From: the human T2T-CHM13v2.0 reference genome, Homo sapiens
Direction: 5' to 3' (one strand)
Assembly: GCF_009914755.1 (NCBI RefSeq)
Contig: NC_060927.1
DNA length: 64,000 bases
The notes under the pieces are model-generated. The model searched no databases and was not told the DNA's origin. It saw nothing but the letters and a program-made list of their open reading frames with translations. The translations under genes were made by a program, and so were the position numbers. Of the stretch, positions 1 to 14,221 are shown piece by piece (positions within the stretch are counted from its first letter, which is position 1; each line of letters begins with the position of its first letter).

Positions 1-133
1 GAGGATGGGTCTCCTTTCCCAGTCCACTGACTCAAATGTTAATTTCCTTCAGCAACACCCTCATAGATATACCCACAACGACACTTTGCATCCTTCAATC
101 CAATGAAGTTTACACTCAATATTAATCATCACA
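1..133 (-). mobile_element. MLT2A-type ERVL LTR, 5' end (cut by window edge)
   Basis: The reverse complement begins TGTGATGATTAATATTGAGTGTAAACTTCATTGGATTGAAGGATGCAAAGTG...GAGTCAGTGGACTGGGAAAGG. This matches the recalled MLT2A1/A2 consensus start. Confidence 0.85.
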
Positions 134-180
134 GTAGCCATTAGTAATGCTAAAATTGGCTGGCTAGGAATTAGAGGTGA

Positions 181-496
<316 letters not shown>

Positions 497-1228
497 AAAA
501 TTATCTTCTTTTTTATCGTGGGGTACAGATATTTGGGTCTCTGGTTTCTATGTTATAGATAAAATCATAGTATAGAAATGCTACGAGTCTACAGCCTTAT
601 TATTATTTTTTTAATTTAATGGGCCTAGATTTGGCTCTGCAATAAAAAGTATTCCCAAACCTCAGTCAGTAAGGGTGCAATCTCCCTTCTGTAGTGGCAT
701 TTAAAGTCTTATTTTTCAGTCTTAGGGTCCATCCTCGTTGTTCAGTTTGTTTGGTTGTTTTTTTTTTTTTTTGTACTCTTCAGGTTTTGAGTGACTTTAT
801 TGGGAATTATGTGAGTCAGGGTCTACAAGATATTGATCTAGGACTTATTTCCTTTCTCTAATCATTTCAGGTCAAAGCTCCATTCCACTCTCTGGCTTCC
901 GTGGAGGAAGGGCTGAACTGTGCCTAGTTATTTTGAGGTTTGGGACAAACCAAAGAATTGAGCATAGTGGTGAATCGTTTTGAAATGAGAGACCTAGCCA
1001 AGGATATGTTCACTTAGTAAGAGGTCACATCTTCTGCAAAATAAAAAAATCAATCAAATCTCTCTCAGTAAAATTGGTTGTTATGTGAAGGCACTGTAAA
1101 GCATAAATAATATGCAAATTGTATTTATTGTTGCTATTATTATTCTACTTCTGTGGTGTAACAATAGTAGCACCTTATGTTTACATACTAGTCACTTTAT
1201 AAAAACTGGGACTAAAAATCAAGAACTA

Positions 1229-1525
1229 CAGTTGACCTTTGAAGAATATAGGTTTGCACTGCATGGGTTTACCTATAATCAGATTTTTTAAAAAAATAAA
1301 TACAATTGGGCTTCTATATTGGCTGATTTGCCACCCACAACCAAACACACGCATTGAAAATACAGTGTTAGCAGGATGTGAAACCTGCATATATGGAGGG
1401 CCAGAGGGGCGACTTTTCGTTTCTGCAGGTTCTACAGGGTTGACTGCCGGACTTGAATATGCACCAGCTTTGGTGTTTGTGGGCAGTCCTGGAACCAATA
1501 CCCCACAGATACCAAGGGATGACAA
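1229..1525 (-). mobile_element. MER8/Tigger2-derived MITE (TcMar)
   Basis: Starts TA|CAGTTGACCTTTGAA and ends GGAACCAATACCCCACAGATACCAAGGGATGAC, matching the Tigger2/MER8 termini. Confidence 0.8.
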
Positions 1526-1574
1526 TATTTATTTTGAAATAATAATATAAAAACATTTAACACAATGATTATAG

Positions 1575-1750
1575 CAATTCATCTTAATCCTGGCTTCGTA
1601 GTAGAATTGCTAGGAGGCTTCTACATAGTCATGTCTGACTCTATCAAGATTAATTACATCAGTAGCCCTTGAGGTAAGGCCTGAGTATTACTAGTTTTTG
1701 AAACTTCCCAGGTGATTCTAACATAAATCAAGGATTGAGAATCAGTGAGC
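1575..1750. mobile_element. MER5-family hAT-Charlie MITE
   Basis: CCCAGGTGATTCTAAC...GGATTGAGAATCAGTG is typical of a MER5 end. Confidence 0.65.
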
Positions 1751-1764
1751 TATAGGAAGAGCTA

Positions 1765-1975
1765 TCAGGCTTAGTCAGCTACCAGCTGCATATAAGTAAA
1801 ACTCCTGAGTAAGAGTGGATTAAATAAAATAAATATTTTTTCTCTTACTTAAAAGAAATCTTGAGGGAGACACCGCAGGGCTGGTGTGGTGGCTCTGTGC
1901 TACTATTAGGAACCCATGCCCATGCCACCTCTTTCTCAGCATGTGACTTCCATTCACAAGATCACCTTGTAGCAA
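1765..1975 (-). mobile_element. Old MLT1 (ERVL-MaLR) LTR fragment
   Basis: Degenerate antisense MLT1 end motifs (AGTGGATTAAATAAAATA...GGGCTGGTGTGGTGGCTC). Confidence 0.4.
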
Positions 1976-1979
1976 GATT

Positions 1980-4510
1980 TTTATGTATTTAACCATTATT
2001 TATTGGGCACCTACCCTATCATTGGAACTGTTCTAGGTTCTAATTGCATTTTAGATAGAGTGGCCACAAAATACCTTGCTGAAAAGGTGATGTTTGAGTA
2101 AAAAACTAAAGGAGGTTAAGGAGCAAGCCATGCGGATATCTGCAGTTAAGTCTTCCAAACAGAGCAAAGAAACATAAGTCCCTAAGGTAGGAATGGGCCT
2201 GCTGTATTTGCAGAAAAGCAAAGAAGCCAATGTGGCTAGCACTAAATGAGTACAGTGTTACGCAGAAGGGACATGAGACAGATGGGAGAGGGGGACATAC
2301 TGAGTAAGCTTTCTAGGCTCTGAAAAGACTTTCAATTCATTTTGCCCCTGAGAGTACAAGGTGGGTAGGGTGTTAAACAGAGAAGAGACGTGATCTGACT
2401 TATGCTTTAGTTTCATAGGATCATTTTGGCTGCTGTGTTAGAGAATAAACCAACTAATGGACTAGGTGAAAGCGTAAAGACAAGTCAGAAGGCTATTGTA
2501 ATTATCAGGGTGAGAGATGATGGTGGTTCCGACCAGGATGGTAGCTGTAAAGGTGATGAGAAATGTACTGATTCCAGATTTAATTTGAAGATAGAGCCAA
2601 TACCGTTTGTAAACATAATGAGTGTGGCACGAAAGCAAAAGAGAGAAGTCAGAATGGTTCCAAAGGTTTTGTGCTGATAAACTGGAAGAAAGGAGTTGTC
2701 GTTTACTGAGATGGCGAAGACTGCAAGAGGAGAAGATTTGGGTTGAGACCAACAGTTCAGTTTCAACATGTTAAGTTAAAATGCCTATTAGACAGACGTT
2801 TGTGTCAGTTATCAATTTATTGCCTCTCAGCCTCAATATATGCTCTGTGATAAATAATAGCATTGCTTTAAGCATTTCTCCTTCAAAGTGAGCACAATGA
2901 TAACATTTCTCAGTAGACAGTGCTGGGGGGCATTGCAAGGAGGCCTTCCTGCCGTTTCTGTCAGAGGTTAGCAGAGGTTAGGCACTGGCAGCGTGGGTGT
3001 GAAGACATCCAGTGAATCCTCCTTTGCCCTGGGATCCAGACCAGGTTCCTCTGTGTCCTTGCAGCCTCAGCCTGGCTGTTGATAACCTTTTTTTTTTTTC
3101 AGCCCCGTTAACATGGAAACCAGAGTCCCTACACTCTGTGAGGGCCTTCTTCCTCTGCTTGTGCCTCAGTTCCCTCTGTAAGCCACTGGCTAATGATCAC
3201 CTTTTCACATCAGCACTCCAGAGAGTGGCTATTGCTTTCCCGGCAACTACAGACTGGCCTTCTTTATTATCCAATAGTCTGAACTATAACCTCTCCAATA
3301 ACATTTGAATTCCTTCCAAGTTTTTCCTTGCTTGAGTATCCTCCCTCAGTTCTAGGGTACCATATGTTTTACTTTTGCTCTTTTATAATAGTTAATAATT
3401 CTTTATTTTACACTTCCCTGTTTAACCTACTATATGGTTTCTATCTGCTAGTTAGACACAGGCTACAATAACCCCCAGGTGAAGATGATGTGGAGGCAAT
3501 TGGACATATAATCTTGGAGTTCACAGGATAGATTCACAGTGGGAATACACATTTGAAACTAATATTGTATAAATAAGGGTGAAAAGCATGAGACTGGATA
3601 AGCTCTTAAAGGAAGTGCATTTAGAGAGAAAAGATAAGAGATACAAGACTAAGCCTTGTTCTACAATTTGCAGGAAGAAGAAATAAGGAGAATGTAGCAA
3701 AGGGGCTTGAGAAGCAGTCTTAAGAAATAGAGAAAGACACAGGAAAGTGCTTAAAGGAGGATAATATGGTCAATTATGTTAAGTGAAACGATTGGTCAAT
3801 TCATAATATGGTGGAGAATTTGCCATTGGATCAGGTAGTGTAAAGGTATTTGGTTTCAGCAGTTTCACTGGGGGAGAGGGAATTAAATTCTAATAGATGT
3901 GGGTTCCTGAAAGAATGAGACAGCAAAATTACAGACAGTTTGTATAGATTCTTTTAAGAAGTTTTGCTATGAAAAAAAAGAAATGTGAGTTAATGGATAG
4001 AGGACAGTGTGGAGTTAAGGGATGGGTTCTTGTCTTTTTAAGTGATAAAAGGACAAACAGTGTTTTTTTTTAATGCCAATGGGAAAGTTCCAGTAGGAAA
4101 AAAAATTGTTGATGAAGAAGAGAGAGGAAGTAACTCTTGGAATACTGGAGCAATGTCTTTGAAAAGAACGGAGGAGATGGGATCTTGTGTACAGGTGGTG
4201 GGGTTTATCCATAATCATAGGAAAGAAGACAAAATACCTGGGGGACACCAAATGCTACTATATAAGTAGATATGGTGATGGAAACATGTAGAAGTATTCT
4301 TTTGATTAAATATGTTTTGCCCATATAAGAAGTAACATTATCAGCTGAGACTGAAAGTTTGAGACGAGGGGTTCCAGGCTTGAGAAGACAGAAGTTATAC
4401 ATAACTTCTTGTATATGTCTTGAGAAGACATAGTTTACAAAGAGTGGAAGAATAAATTAACTAAAGAAAGATACAATTTGCAAGTGACTTTATGAGTCAG
4501 TAGTCATGGT
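1980..4510 (-). mobile_element. L2 LINE remnant, interrupted by an LTR at about 2801-3469
   Basis: Antisense L2 3' end TTTATTGGGCACCTAC, plus GTGATCTGACTTATGCTTT and GGATCATTTTGGCTGCTGTG. The motif ATGCCTATTAGACA continues as CCAGGTGAAGATG...GGCAATTGGACAT after the LTR. Confidence 0.8.
2801..3469 (+). mobile_element. ERVL solo LTR (LTR41-like)
   Basis: Starts TGTGTCAGTTATCAATTTATTGCCTCTCAGC and ends TTCCCTGTTTAACCTACTATATGGTTTCTATCTG. It splits the L2. Confidence 0.65.
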
Positions 4511-4514
4511 GAAG

Positions 4515-7118
<2,604 letters not shown>

Positions 7119-7120
7119 TA

Positions 7121-7234
7121 GGGTGGGTGCAGTGGCTCGAGCCTGTAATCCTAGGACTTTAGGAGGCCAAGGTAGGAAGATCTCTTGAGGTCAGGAGTTT
7201 GAGACCAACCTGGATAGCATAGCAAGACATCGTC

Positions 7235-7269
<35 letters not shown>
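7121..7269 (+). mobile_element. FLAM_C Alu monomer at the L1 tail
   Basis: Left monomer only (...ATAGCAAGACATCGTCTCT), followed by poly-A and (CA)n. Confidence 0.85.
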
Positions 7270-10200
7270 CAAAAAACAAAACACACACACACACAAAACA
7301 ATAAATAAATAGATAAATTAAATAACTTAAAAAATAGTTAAAAGTCAAATTTAAGATGAGAGCATTCGTTATGGTCTTGTCTCTATATTCTGCTTTAGTT
7401 GTATGGTTACACATAAAGAACAAATTAAAATGTGAGTTCCCCAAGATTATAAGACAATTAGGTAATGTGAAAAGAGGATCAAGAAACAAAGAATATACAA
7501 AGGAATTAATTTAGTGATTGATTGTGAAATGCAAGCTGATTGCTAAAACTCTCACTGACCAAGTTGGTAACAGAAGGGAGTAGAGGACAGCACAACGGTG
7601 CTGACTATAACTAGTGAACTTCTTTTAAAAAGCCCTCTTGGAAGTCCCCAAAGGTTACATTTCAGTGGCCAGATTAGTCCTTTGGTGATACATAGCTTAT
7701 AGGGATTCTGGAAAAATCTAATCTTTCATTTTAAGGAGTAATATGTTCTTCTAAAACCATTTTATTTATTAGGGAAGAAGGAGAGTGCACACAGAAAGCA
7801 ACTAGCCTCTGTCACAGTATGAAACAATGTCTTGCCTAATGAGTATCTTTAAAGGAGGAGAGAAGAAGTTGATTTAGCCTGGGGTTGGGATGGGGAGTAA
7901 GGTGAGATGTTCTCCTTTAATTAGAGGTAGGCACAAGGCCATTTAGGCAAAAATAAGAGTCAGACAACTGTACAGTAGGCTATTTTGCTCATTCATACAT
8001 CTCTCTTCATCTTCTTCCTCAAGTCCTTATCTTTGAAGTCACAAGACTGATGTACTTTCATCCCTTTACTTACAGAAACTTATTTCAGGAAAGGATATGA
8101 TAAACCTAATTTCATTAAATGGTTCAAATGACTGTAAAGTATAGAGTAATTAATTCGATGGTAGAAACATTTCTAAAGGGGATAGAGCTTGAAGCTAACA
8201 GGTACAACATCTTGTTGGAGTGGGTTCCTAGCTTAGGAAATGAAAATAATTTAAAGATATTGGGTACTTCCTAGCACCTCCCTAATGACACTACCTTGGC
8301 TATCCCCTATCTGAGTGCTTCTAAGGGTATCACTGGCCAGAGCTTCATGACTCAATCTGTCAGACTGTCAATCTGGCAACAGTTATTACATTCAGTCTGA
8401 GACAAAACAAAAGGAGCATTTTGCAATTGAATTGAATAAAGGTTAATAGCATAAAAGATGCAGAAATCACGACCACATAGCTGTGGGACTCAGACTTTTT
8501 ACCACTTAATCAGTGAATGCTGGGAAGTTGAGTTAACCTCATGGCATCCAGTAGAATTGGCCCAGTACAAGTTTTTGCTTGTGATAGAAGCACATTTCTT
8601 TCACTGCTCACTAAACAGTCAAATAGAATTGACTGATTATTTGCCACATGCTACCAAGAGATAGTGCATGTGATAGACTACAGAATAGGAATGCTACTTA
8701 ACGTGAATTTTATTACTTCTCAGCACCTGCTTCAGCCAACAGTCATTACTATCTATGGGAGGCTGTGCTAAGATTATCATTATTCCTGTATCTTTGCATT
8801 TGTATTCTGCCGACTACAGTGCAAGGTAAAATTGATAAATGGAGGAACTGATTGTGAGTGGCAGAAACCTGTAGCTGCAAATCCTTTGCAAGCCTGAAAT
8901 ATTAGGAAAGGTTGCGGGGATGGATTGTTTGTGTAATTGGAATCATTGTTTAGATATACCAGCCTTTCCCTCTCTTTATTTTTCTCAACCTCCTTCCTCC
9001 CCCCATTTCTATGTTTCTTTTCTCTATTATCTTTTGTCAAGTATTTTATTTTGATAAGAGACAAGAAAAAATATAATAATAACCGAGACCAACACCATTA
9101 GGCCAAAAATCCAAATAAACCTAATTCTTCAATCAGTGAGATCAGTGCTAGAATTGTATAAACCCATGTATTAGGAGCCAGGGCTAATATTTACTCAGAA
9201 TAGCCAGACCAGTTGTTGAAATATTGAAATGCCTCTCTACCAAATGGTACCTATCTGTTGACCCAAACCTTTGAATATATCCTTGCCACCAAGTCCCTTG
9301 CTGGGTCCATAAGGGTCCCTAAGATTCTCAAGATTTCTCCAATATCTAGAAACTAACGCTTTAGACACTGGCTTGGTAGGGACTCAGCAGGAGCAGCTCT
9401 TGTCTTACTGGATTGCTCTGAGCCCGTGTCACATCAGTTGTAACTGCTCTAATTTTTAACTGCTGGAATGCCCTCCAAAGACTCAAACAAGAAAAGATGC
9501 TGTGGGGTAGGAAAAATAAAATTAATCACTTTTGTGTAATTTATTGGCTTTTTGTTCTTAGTAGCAAAACCGGGCTCTTAGTCCTCTTGGGTCTTTGGTG
9601 AGGAGTCGAATCAGTATTCCTTTGCTTATCGAAATGTCTGTTTTTCAATAGGGAGTATCAACTCAGTGTCAGAATAGATGCACAAAAGTAACAGAACATG
9701 CTGATTCCATGGGTCAGGGACCCCTCCCACGCCCCCACAGGTCTAACTCATTTTGTGTGGTCTACTGTGACCCTTACAACCTTCGCCTATTAGTATGTAA
9801 AATGGATTACTACTGCATGCATTATTTGTAGGTGCCCTTATCTGGTTGGGGCTCCCAGAGGATTTAAATTTTACCTTTTGGATATTTCTTTCCTTTAAAA
9901 TTCAGTAGACATAAAAAATGTTTCATATCTTTAGCAGGATTCATGTCTTTTCAATCATAGTTAACAATGGTGTTCTCTGACAGAAATTACATCCTCTGCC
10001 ACATTATTATGTGCATTTCTTTGAACCACCATTTGTACGCTGTGTGTGATTGGGTCTGTACAGATTAAAATAGCACCAAGAGAGCCAATTTAAGGCTTGG
10101 GATGAGTGAACCTGAACATTAGAGACATTCTGGCAAGCACACACCTCGTAAATCCTGTTGTTAAGTTTGCGGCGCCTGCCATGGAATGTGCAGCTCGGGC

Positions 10201-10615
10201 ACTTTACCCTCGTTAGTGCAAAGGTAAATTGTAAGGGCTCTCACACAGCTCCAAGGGGAATAAAGAAGAAGGGGGAATGGAAAGGACTCTCTTAAATCTG
10301 ATAGCTGTCCTCCTTGGCACCTTAAGATGCAAACACACTAGTCAGAAAGGCTAAGACCTTTGCTAATTTTAGTGTTATGCTAATTAAGTACATGCTATTA
10401 TTTAGTAAAAAGAAATCAGAATGGCTTTTGCCTGCATGTTCAAAATAGAAGAGGGACTAGGAAAAATATTCTATAAATAGTTTATTGATAAGATATGGTA
10501 AATATGGTAAAAGATGAGGCTCATGATGGCAGTCTGAAAATTGAATATCTATTTTCCTCAAAAATTTGTGATCTTAAATAACAAATATATTTACCTGATA
10601 TGATCATCTCTTAGA

Positions 10616-10792
10616 GCAGTGCTTCTTGACTTTGTTGGCACATTAGAATCTCCTGGGGAACTTTAAAAAATACTAAAGCCTTGGTCCTGCCCAGAGAGAT
10701 CTGTTTTATTTGGTCTGGGGTGTGGTCTGGCATCAGAGATTTTAAAATCTCCCTGGGAAACTTTAATGTGTAGTACAGGTTTAGAACCACTT
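10616..10792. mobile_element. MER5A hAT MITE
   Basis: CAGTGCTTCTTGACTTTG...CACATTAGAATCTCCTGGGGA...AGGTTTAGAACCACT, with imperfect terminal inverted repeats. Confidence 0.85.
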
Positions 10793-12149
10793 GGTGAAAA
10801 CCACCTTGAATCATTTAGTTTGGGATAAGGTTCTTTTGTGACACAAAAGCTTTTTAAAAAGTAAGGAATCACCTATTTATAATTGTATATTTTCAATATA
10901 CGTATATTTATCAAACTGTAAGTGAATCAGCAAATAATTGTTTAAAACTTTTAAGCCTTGGAAACATTTTGATTAAGAGATTGAATTTTTAGTTGAATAT
11001 GTCAAGAAATATGGTTTAATAGCATAGTTTAACATTATAGTGCTATATAAAGCTAATATAAATCCAGAACTGTATATATCTTAAATTTTATAGTATCTTT
11101 AATTTCAAGTCATTGAGAAGTAAAAACAAATCAACAACTCTGGAGCTTTCACTGTTAATGTTTTAATGAGAAATGTTTTCCTGTAGGCACTTAGCAAAAG
11201 CAATGGTATTTCTACATAACAAAGTAATATTTCTTTTCCATTGAAAGAAAGACAATAATCTCTAGACGCAAGATAATGGCAGCTGACTGCTGAAGACAAT
11301 TTATCTGATTTGGTTACAGTTAGTTAAGAACACCAGGGTTTCTGCGCATCAAACCTGCTCTATATCAGAGACAAGGGGAGATTATTTTGGTGCCCGCAAC
11401 AGTCTATGAGCTGCGTGAAATCTATTGGAACTTTGAGAGGTCAGGAACTGGATTTGATACAATTATTTATCATTGCTTGGCTATCTACCAATGTGAAGGA
11501 CAAATTCCCTTCATTAGTAACTTAAAACTGTATTGGTGGGGTCTTAAAAGTGTCCGTTAAGTCTTTAAACATTTTTTTTGTGTGTGTGCAGAATAACACC
11601 ACTGGTTGATTATTTTTTAAAGCATTGAAAAAGTCTATTAAAGGTATCATAATACATCTTTTTGTTCCTTCAGAAATAAATCACCTTTCTCATCTGTCTT
11701 TGCTAGATCTGAGTAGAAAAAAATATGAATATTTAAACTAATTGTTCATTCTCCAATAACACAGTAACATTTTAAGGCAAGACATCCCTAGGTGGCCCTC
11801 ATCTGCTAGGAATCTACTTCTATCAAAGCAGGTTTGAGAAAAAAGATGTTAAGAGAAAATTATATATCAATTTACACTGAGGAGTAGCCTGATAGTTGAT
11901 GGACAACACTCTTTTCATGGTTCCAGCAAAAGCGTCTTAGAAATATTAATAGTTGAGTTTTAGAGAGTGTAATTCTCTAATACAAGAGGTTTTTGATTTA
12001 TGGATACTTATGAAACAAACTCTATTCATTTTACAAGTGTCTCTGTAAAAGATGTTGCAAGACATCTTTGTAGAGCTGATGCTATTGTCCACAAAGAACA
12101 GAATTTGAATTTCAATTTTTTCAACTTTTCTTTCTTTCTTTTTTTGTTT

Positions 12150-12262
12150 TCCAATCAATTTAGAGGTTTATTTTGTCAAGGTTGAGGATGTGCCTGGGAA
12201 AACGAGACACATCACGGTAAGATCTGTGGCCCATGTTTTTCCAAAGAGAGTTTTGAGGGCCT
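12150..12262 (-). mobile_element. ERV1 (MER4-group) LTR 3' fragment
   Basis: CAATCAATTTAGAGGTTTATTTTGTCAAGGTTGAGGA closely resembles the MER4 LTR sequence at 48621 (CAATCAATTTAGAAAGTTTATTTTGCCAAG). Confidence 0.65.
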
Positions 12263-12416
12263 ATATATGTATATATAAACTCTCATATATATGTGTGTGT
12301 ATATATATATATATATGCGAAACATATATATACACACACACATACAAGGCCTCAAAACCCTCCAGGAAATATACAGACATACATATATATACACACATAT
12401 AAAGTATAAATACATA

Positions 12417-12446
<30 letters not shown>
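12262..12446. repeat. Compound (TA)n/(TG)n/(CA)n microsatellite
   Basis: Directly visible alternating purine-pyrimidine tracts. Confidence 0.95.
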
Positions 12447-12473
<27 letters not shown>

Positions 12474-12625
12474 GAGACAAGGTCTCGCTCTGATGCTCAG
12501 GTTGGAATGCCATGACATGACCATGGCTCACTGCAGCCTTGATTACCTGGGCTTAAGCCATTCTTCTTCCTCAGCCTCTCAAGTAGCTGGGACTACAGGC
12601 ATGCACCACCATGCAAGGCTGATTC
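12447..12625 (-). mobile_element. AluJ right arm / FRAM-like monomer
   Basis: Poly-T, then GAGACAAGGTCTCGCTCTG...GCTCACTGCAGCCTTG...CCTGGGCTTAAG. Ends at the linker with no left arm. Confidence 0.85.
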
Positions 12626-12643
12626 TTTAAAAATATATATTTT

Positions 12644-13490
12644 CTTTTTTATTATACTTTAACTTCTGGGACACATGTGCAGAATGTGCAGGTTTGTTAC
12701 ATAGGTATATATGTGCCCGTGGTGGTTTGCTGCACCCATCAACCCGTCATCTACATTAGGTATTTCTCCTAATGCTATCCCTCTCCTAGTCCACCACCCT
12801 CCAACAGGCCCCAGTGTGTGATGTTCCCCTCCCTGTGTCCATGTGTTCTCATTGTTCAGTTTCCACTTACGAGTGAGAACATGTGGTGTTTGGTTTTCTG
12901 TTCCTGTGTTAGTTTGCTGAGAATGATGGTTTCCAGCTTCAACCATGTCCCTGCAAAGGACAGGAGTCATCCTTTTTTATGGCTGCATAGTATTACATGG
13001 TGTATATGTGCCACATTTTCGTAATCCAGTCTATCATTGATGGGCATTTGGGTTGGTTCCAAGTCTTTTTGCTGTTGTGAACAGTGCTGCAATAAACATA
13101 TGTGTGCATATGTCTTTATAGTAGAATGATTTATAATCCTTTGAAACTTAAACAAACTTACAAGGAAAAACCAAACAACCCCATCAAAAAGTGGGTGAAG
13201 GATATGAACGGACACTTCTCAAAAGAAGACATTTATGCGGCCAAAAAACATGAAAAAAGCTCATCATCACTGGTCATTAGAGAAATGCAAATGAAAACCA
13301 CAATGAGATACCATCTCACGCCAGTTAGAATGGCTATCATTAAAAAGTCAGGAAACAATAGATGCTGGAGAGGATGTGGAGAAATAGGAATGCTTTTACA
13401 TTGTTGGTGGGAGTGTAAATTAGTTCAACCATTGTGGAAGACAGTGTTGCGATTCCTCAAGGATCTAGAACTAGAAATACCATTTGACCA
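12644..13490 (-). mobile_element. L1PA (about PA7/8) 3' fragment with 5' inversion
   Basis: 12644-13143 is the antisense L1PA 3' end (TTATTATACTTTAA...). 13144-13489 is the sense ORF2 C-terminus ([23 protein letters not shown]). A 16-bp flanking repeat TAAAAATATATATTTT is present. Confidence 0.92.
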
Positions 13491-13899
13491 ACTTTTCTTT
13501 ATTTCTTATAAAAATATATATTTTATTTTCTCAGTTTATGAGTCATAAAGATATCCACAACTTAAAAATCATTGTCTTTTCCCTTGGTTCTACACCGATA
13601 GCATTGAAACCTCCCACATTATAGGTGTTCAACAGAAATTTATCTGAAGGAATAGAAGAAGGAATGAGCCATGATTTACAGAAATAAAGAGGGGAAAGTT
13701 GTGATTATCAACAAGGGACTTTCACCAACTTACTATCATTTCTTTTTCTTCTTCTAATGAGATTTGAGCTTCTCTATTCTTAACTGGATCGTTCCTGAGA
13801 CATAAGTGCTACTTCTTCTTTCCCTGTAATTCTGAACAACACTTAACACTAATTTATTTTATTGCTTCGTGTAGTTTGACATAAGAATTTTGAACTGTA

Positions 13900-14180
13900 T
13901 TTCCTCCTTAGCATCATAGAATGTTAAAAGTTGACTTAGGAAATAATGAGATACTATTTAAAGAATGTAGCACAGCATATAGCAGATGGTAAACGCTTAG
14001 AAATGGATTGACATTATTATCATGTATTATATCATCTTAGCTCCCATGACTTATCCTTCTCTGACTTCACAGCTGAGTAAACTGAAGCCTTGTGAGTTAA
14101 GGAATTTCCCCAAAATAAAATTAAGAGCTATCTTCCGAAGATGAAACATAGGTTCTCTTGAAAGCTGATCTACTGCTTTT
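13900..14180. mobile_element. MIR fragments
   Basis: TTAAAGAATGTAGCACAGCATATAGCAGATGGTAAACGCT and TTCACAGCTGAGTAAACTGAAGCC, both MIR core-like. Confidence 0.5.
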
Positions 14181-14221
14181 TAATACATGTCCCATCAACC
14201 TCTTGCTTACCCACGTACTAG

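Noticed and set aside
1226-1556. Overlapping ORFs of about 100 aa on both strands
   Set aside because: They lie within the MER8/Tigger2 MITE, with no transposase or protein similarity.
7880-7905. G-quadruplex candidate GGGGTTGGGATGGGG
   Set aside because: Only three tracts of three or more G.
9150-9460. Possible hAT (MER63-like) fragments
   Set aside because: Similarity too weak to call without an alignment.
12190-12630. Y/I/C/V/H-rich ORFs
   Set aside because: Translations of dinucleotide microsatellites and poly-T.
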